The notes beneath the pieces are model-generated. The model saw only the letters and a program-made list of their open reading frames with translations, did no database searches and was not told the origin of the DNA. From Magnetospiraceae bacterium (GTDB taxonomy: Bacteria; Pseudomonadota; Alphaproteobacteria; Rhodospirillales; JBMYUJ01): DNA of 64,000 bases. The DNA lies in the NCBI GenBank assembly GCA_049605255.1, contig JBMYUJ010000003.1, forward strand, positions 5,063 through 69,062, written 5' to 3'. The position numbers and the translations under genes are program-made. The number at the start of each line of letters is the position of its first letter. Positions within the stretch are counted from its first letter, which is position 1. Shown here piece after piece: positions 61,721 to 64,000 of this stretch.

Positions 61721-61966
61721 TTATTTGTCGCCACCGGCGGCGGTATCGATGCGGCCCAATTGATCGGGCGACAAATCACCGTAGCCGGGCAGGGTGACAT
61801 CCTGTGCTAAAACAGCCTGGTTCGGCGTCGTCCCGTGCCCCGTTTCTTCGGTCAGAATGCTGGTAAACGCCACTATCAGGACCGCAAAACCCGCGCCCAC
61901 TAAAAGCAAATCCGTGGTAAAACCCCGCCTCCCGCTCTGGCGCGGCGCTTCCAAATCTTCCGTCAT
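61721..61966 (-). CDS. Small single-TM protein (operon gene 1)
   Basis: The 81-aa product has a basic N-terminus and one TM helix (DLLLVGAGFAVLIVAFTSIL). It starts at an ATG and lies 65 nt upstream of the channel gene on the same strand. I recognise no family. Confidence 0.4.
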   Translation of the reverse strand: MTEDLEAPRQSGRRGFTTDLLLVGAGFAVLIVAFTSILTEETGHGTTPNQAVLAQDVTLPGYGDLSPDQLGRIDTAAGGDK

Positions 61967-62061
61967 CCCTCGACCATTTAATCGATTCTACCGATATCTT
62001 ACCTGAGAATGCCGGTCAAAGAGCCAAAAAAGAGTTAATCCCAGGCCAGGGCTGGTATGGA

Positions 62062-62532
62062 TCAGACAATCAGCCGCCCGCTGGCCCCCACAACGATGGT
62101 GGCAATCCCGAGCAGGAGATTGATCCCGACAATGGTTCGGATCCTTGCCTGTTGTGCGGCGGCGGCGGGCCAATTGGCAGCGGCGGCGTGCTTTTTGAAC
62201 GCCGGGTAGGGGACGAAAAAGACATAGGCATATAGCGCCGTCATGATCAAAGCCAAGCCGAGCATCAGGTGGATATGCAGGGGCGCGCCGACCATGCCGC
62301 CGAAATACCAAACGAGAATTAAGATGCCCGAAATAAACAGCGCGGCGATACTAATCCAAACCCATAAGAAGAACCGGGCAAAGACCGCATTCCAGAGGCC
62401 GATACGGTGGGGCGGTTCCAGGAGCATGACTGAGGGCCGTAAGACGATATAGGCGAAAAACAAGCCGCCAACCCAGAGGGTCGCCGCCAAGATATGCACC
62501 GGATACATCAGTAGGCCGAAACTGGGCATCAT
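62062..62532 (-). CDS. CopD-like four-TM membrane protein
   Basis: The ATG at 62532 follows AAGGAAGGGGGA. The product has HILAATLWVGGLFFAYIVLRP, typical of CopD/YebZ-like small proteins. The ORF-track start at 62571 lies inside a hairpin. Confidence 0.55.
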   Translation of the reverse strand: MMPSFGLLMYPVHILAATLWVGGLFFAYIVLRPSVMLLEPPHRIGLWNAVFARFFLWVWISIAALFISGILILVWYFGGMVGAPLHIHLMLGLALIMTALYAYVFFVPYPAFKKHAAAANWPAAAAQQARIRTIVGINLLLGIATIVVGASGRLIV

Positions 62533-62556
62533 TTTTCCCCCTTCCTTAAAGCGGAA

Positions 62557-62585
62557 CTGCCAGCCCAACAAAGCTGGGCTGGCAG
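62557..62585 (-). terminator. Strong hairpin between parA-like and CopD-like genes (terminator or attenuator)
   Basis: The arms CTGCCAGCCCA/TGGGCTGGCAG form a perfect 11-bp stem with a 7-nt loop. On the minus strand it is followed by TTCCGCTTT. Confidence 0.45.
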
Positions 62586-62693
62586 CCGCGGAGTTTCCGG
62601 TTAATAGGGGCGGACCTTGGATTTCTATTCGGCCTGGAAAACCATGGGCCGTCCCGCAATGGCGTCAGAACAACGCATCCTAGCCACACGGAC

Positions 62694-63329
62694 TCATTTA
62701 ATAAGTCGCCGCACCTCCTGCAAGAGGGCATTGATTTCTGCCGCGGCAACGGATCGTTTGGCCGCCTCGGTCACCCCCAAGCCTTCCATCATGCTCGACG
62801 CGAAAGCGGTTCGATTGCCGATGCTGGTTTTGGCGGCCCGCAATCCCTGGTCTTTGATCGCCGCCAGGATTTTCGCCGTCACCTTGGCGCGCGGCGGCAC
62901 CCGATTGAGGACGATCAGGGTATGGGCCCGTTCCCGGCTGGCCGCGTCGATGGTGGCCTTGGTTGCCCACAGGTCCATAGGGCTGGGTTGTAACGGAATG
63001 AGCGCCAAATCCGCCGCGTTGAGCGCATGTTTGGTTTCCGTCTCCGCATGGGGCGGGCTGTCGATGATCACGTAATCGTGGCTGCCACGCAGCCGGTCCA
63101 GTTCCGTGCCCACACGCCAACCCGCAACCGCGGAAAGGTCGATCTCCTGAGCCGCCGGATCGCGCGTCATGCGCACAGCATGCCACCCGCTCAGGCTTTT
63201 TTGCGGATCGATATCCATCAAGGCGACAGATTTTCCTGTATTGCGCAACGCCACGGCCAGTTGCACCGCCAGCGTTGTTTTTCCCGCACCGCCCTTACCT
63301 TGGGCGATGGTCAGTACCCGTGCCGCCAT
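62694..63329 (-). CDS. ParA/MinD-family ATPase (orphan, no parB)
   Basis: The 211-aa product has a deviant Walker A (QGKGGAGKTT) and the IIDSPP Walker B region. A CAGGAGAA SD precedes the start. Confidence 0.8.
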   Translation of the reverse strand: MAARVLTIAQGKGGAGKTTLAVQLAVALRNTGKSVALMDIDPQKSLSGWHAVRMTRDPAAQEIDLSAVAGWRVGTELDRLRGSHDYVIIDSPPHAETETKHALNAADLALIPLQPSPMDLWATKATIDAASRERAHTLIVLNRVPPRAKVTAKILAAIKDQGLRAAKTSIGNRTAFASSMMEGLGVTEAAKRSVAAAEINALLQEVRRLIK

Positions 63330-63446
63330 TATCCGTTCTCCTGGGAAATTCGCTGCCTCGTTGCTGGCGCCAGATGATAGGCCTTATTGGACTGCTGTGA
63401 AAGGCCCCGTAAGCGGTGTAGTGGGCAAAAATCAACGGTTGCCGCC

Positions 63447-64000
63447 TCATGCGGCATGGATTGATGCCAGATAGGCCTCCGCATCCCGCAGCAAAGCGGT
63501 AACCATAGGGTCATCGATGCCCAAAATGGAAAATTTATGCGCGATATTGCGCAGATATTCCATGCTGGTGCCGAGAATACCAGTCCCGGTCGCCAGGCAT
63601 TTGATCTGCTCCTCACGCGTAATATTGGCGTCGATGAGTTCCGTATCGTGATCGGCGACGAAGGTAAGCGCCTGCACATATTCGCCGCCGATGTCGGTGG
63701 AGATGAACTTCGGGAGATAACACGGGCCCAGCAATTCCCGTTGCCACAGAATATAGGTCTCCTGGTCAACCGCGCTCTGGTGGATACGGAATGCGAGGCC
63801 ATCGCATCCCGGACCTCGATCCAAGGCTGCCATCAGGCCCGGCGTTTCCCGGGTGCCACGACCACCGAAAATGTCCTTTAGGATGAAAAGCCGAGCGTAA
63901 TCCGGCGCGTGAGCGCGCCGTACATCGGTAAATTTGATCGCCGGATCCCACATCAAGGAACCATAAGCAAAGACCCAAAGGTCTCCTTCTGGGCGACCGC
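63447..64000 (-). CDS. chaC: ChaC-family gamma-glutamylcyclotransferase (5' end outside window)
   Basis: The reading frame is open to the window edge (...WVFAYGSLMWDP...). The product has the YGSLMW and G.RE.PGL motifs of the ChaC family. Confidence 0.8.
   Translation of the reverse strand, partial: GRPEGDLWVFAYGSLMWDPAIKFTDVRRAHAPDYARLFILKDIFGGRGTRETPGLMAALDRGPGCDGLAFRIHQSAVDQETYILWQRELLGPCYLPKFISTDIGGEYVQALTFVADHDTELIDANITREEQIKCLATGTGILGTSMEYLRNIAHKFSILGIDDPMVTALLRDAEAYLASIHAA

Noticed and set aside
61990-62019. Candidate sigma-70 promoter for the six-gene operon. On the minus strand it has TTGACC at 62019-62014, a 17-nt spacer, and TATCGG at 61996-61991.
   Set aside because: The -35 element is good but the -10 is poor (2-3 of 6 matches). 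It is not reliable enough to list as a feature without TSS data.

Overview
The window looks like a housekeeping-dominated chromosomal segment of a high-GC alphaproteobacterium. GC is roughly 60% or more judged by eye, not computed. The gene order is Rhodospirillales-like: hflK-hflC-DUF2065, then a 14-gene nuoA-N operon followed directly by birA-coaX-rnj. I call about 68 protein-coding genes, one tRNA (tRNA-Asp GTC) and one TPP riboswitch. I saw no rRNA, CRISPR array, IS element, integrase or phage genes.

Main blocks:
- prfC (5' end only), an EamA transporter, a LOG-family gene, ispG, a DegP-type protease, and a ~1 kb ORF-less spacer.
- apbC, hflKC, DUF2065, asmA, a membrane-fused spermidine-synthase-like gene, and a lone fliN.
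- tRNA-Asp and nuoA-N.
- birA, coaX, rnj, one unknown gene, and mce-ankyrin-tag.
- A TPP-riboswitch-controlled ThiXYZ-like ABC importer.
- DUF192, tpiA, secG, pyrG, kdsA, eno, an ABM-family gene, a lone Flp pilin, and a Kef-type antiporter.
- A zinc locus: znuA-hisI-COG0523 divergent from znuCB.
- A sulfur cluster: CBS-like, 3-MST, a small ORF, and metC.
- nudF, a hydrolase-OsmC fusion, and DUF3592.
- A tightly packed six-gene minus-strand operon at 56218-61966. It encodes a small TM protein, a TVGFGD K+ channel with an RCK-like tail, an aromatic/Ser-rich lipoprotein, a 4x DUF350-repeat membrane protein, a membrane-anchored aminopropyltransferase and a YjfK/DUF4178-like protein.
- A CopD-like gene, an orphan parA, and chaC (partial).

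The six-gene operon is my best candidate for a poorly described system. It looks like a PspA-less relative of the E. coli yjfIJKLMC-type polyamine/membrane-stress neighbourhood, coupled to a K+ channel. All family assignments come from motifs read by eye. No searches were run.
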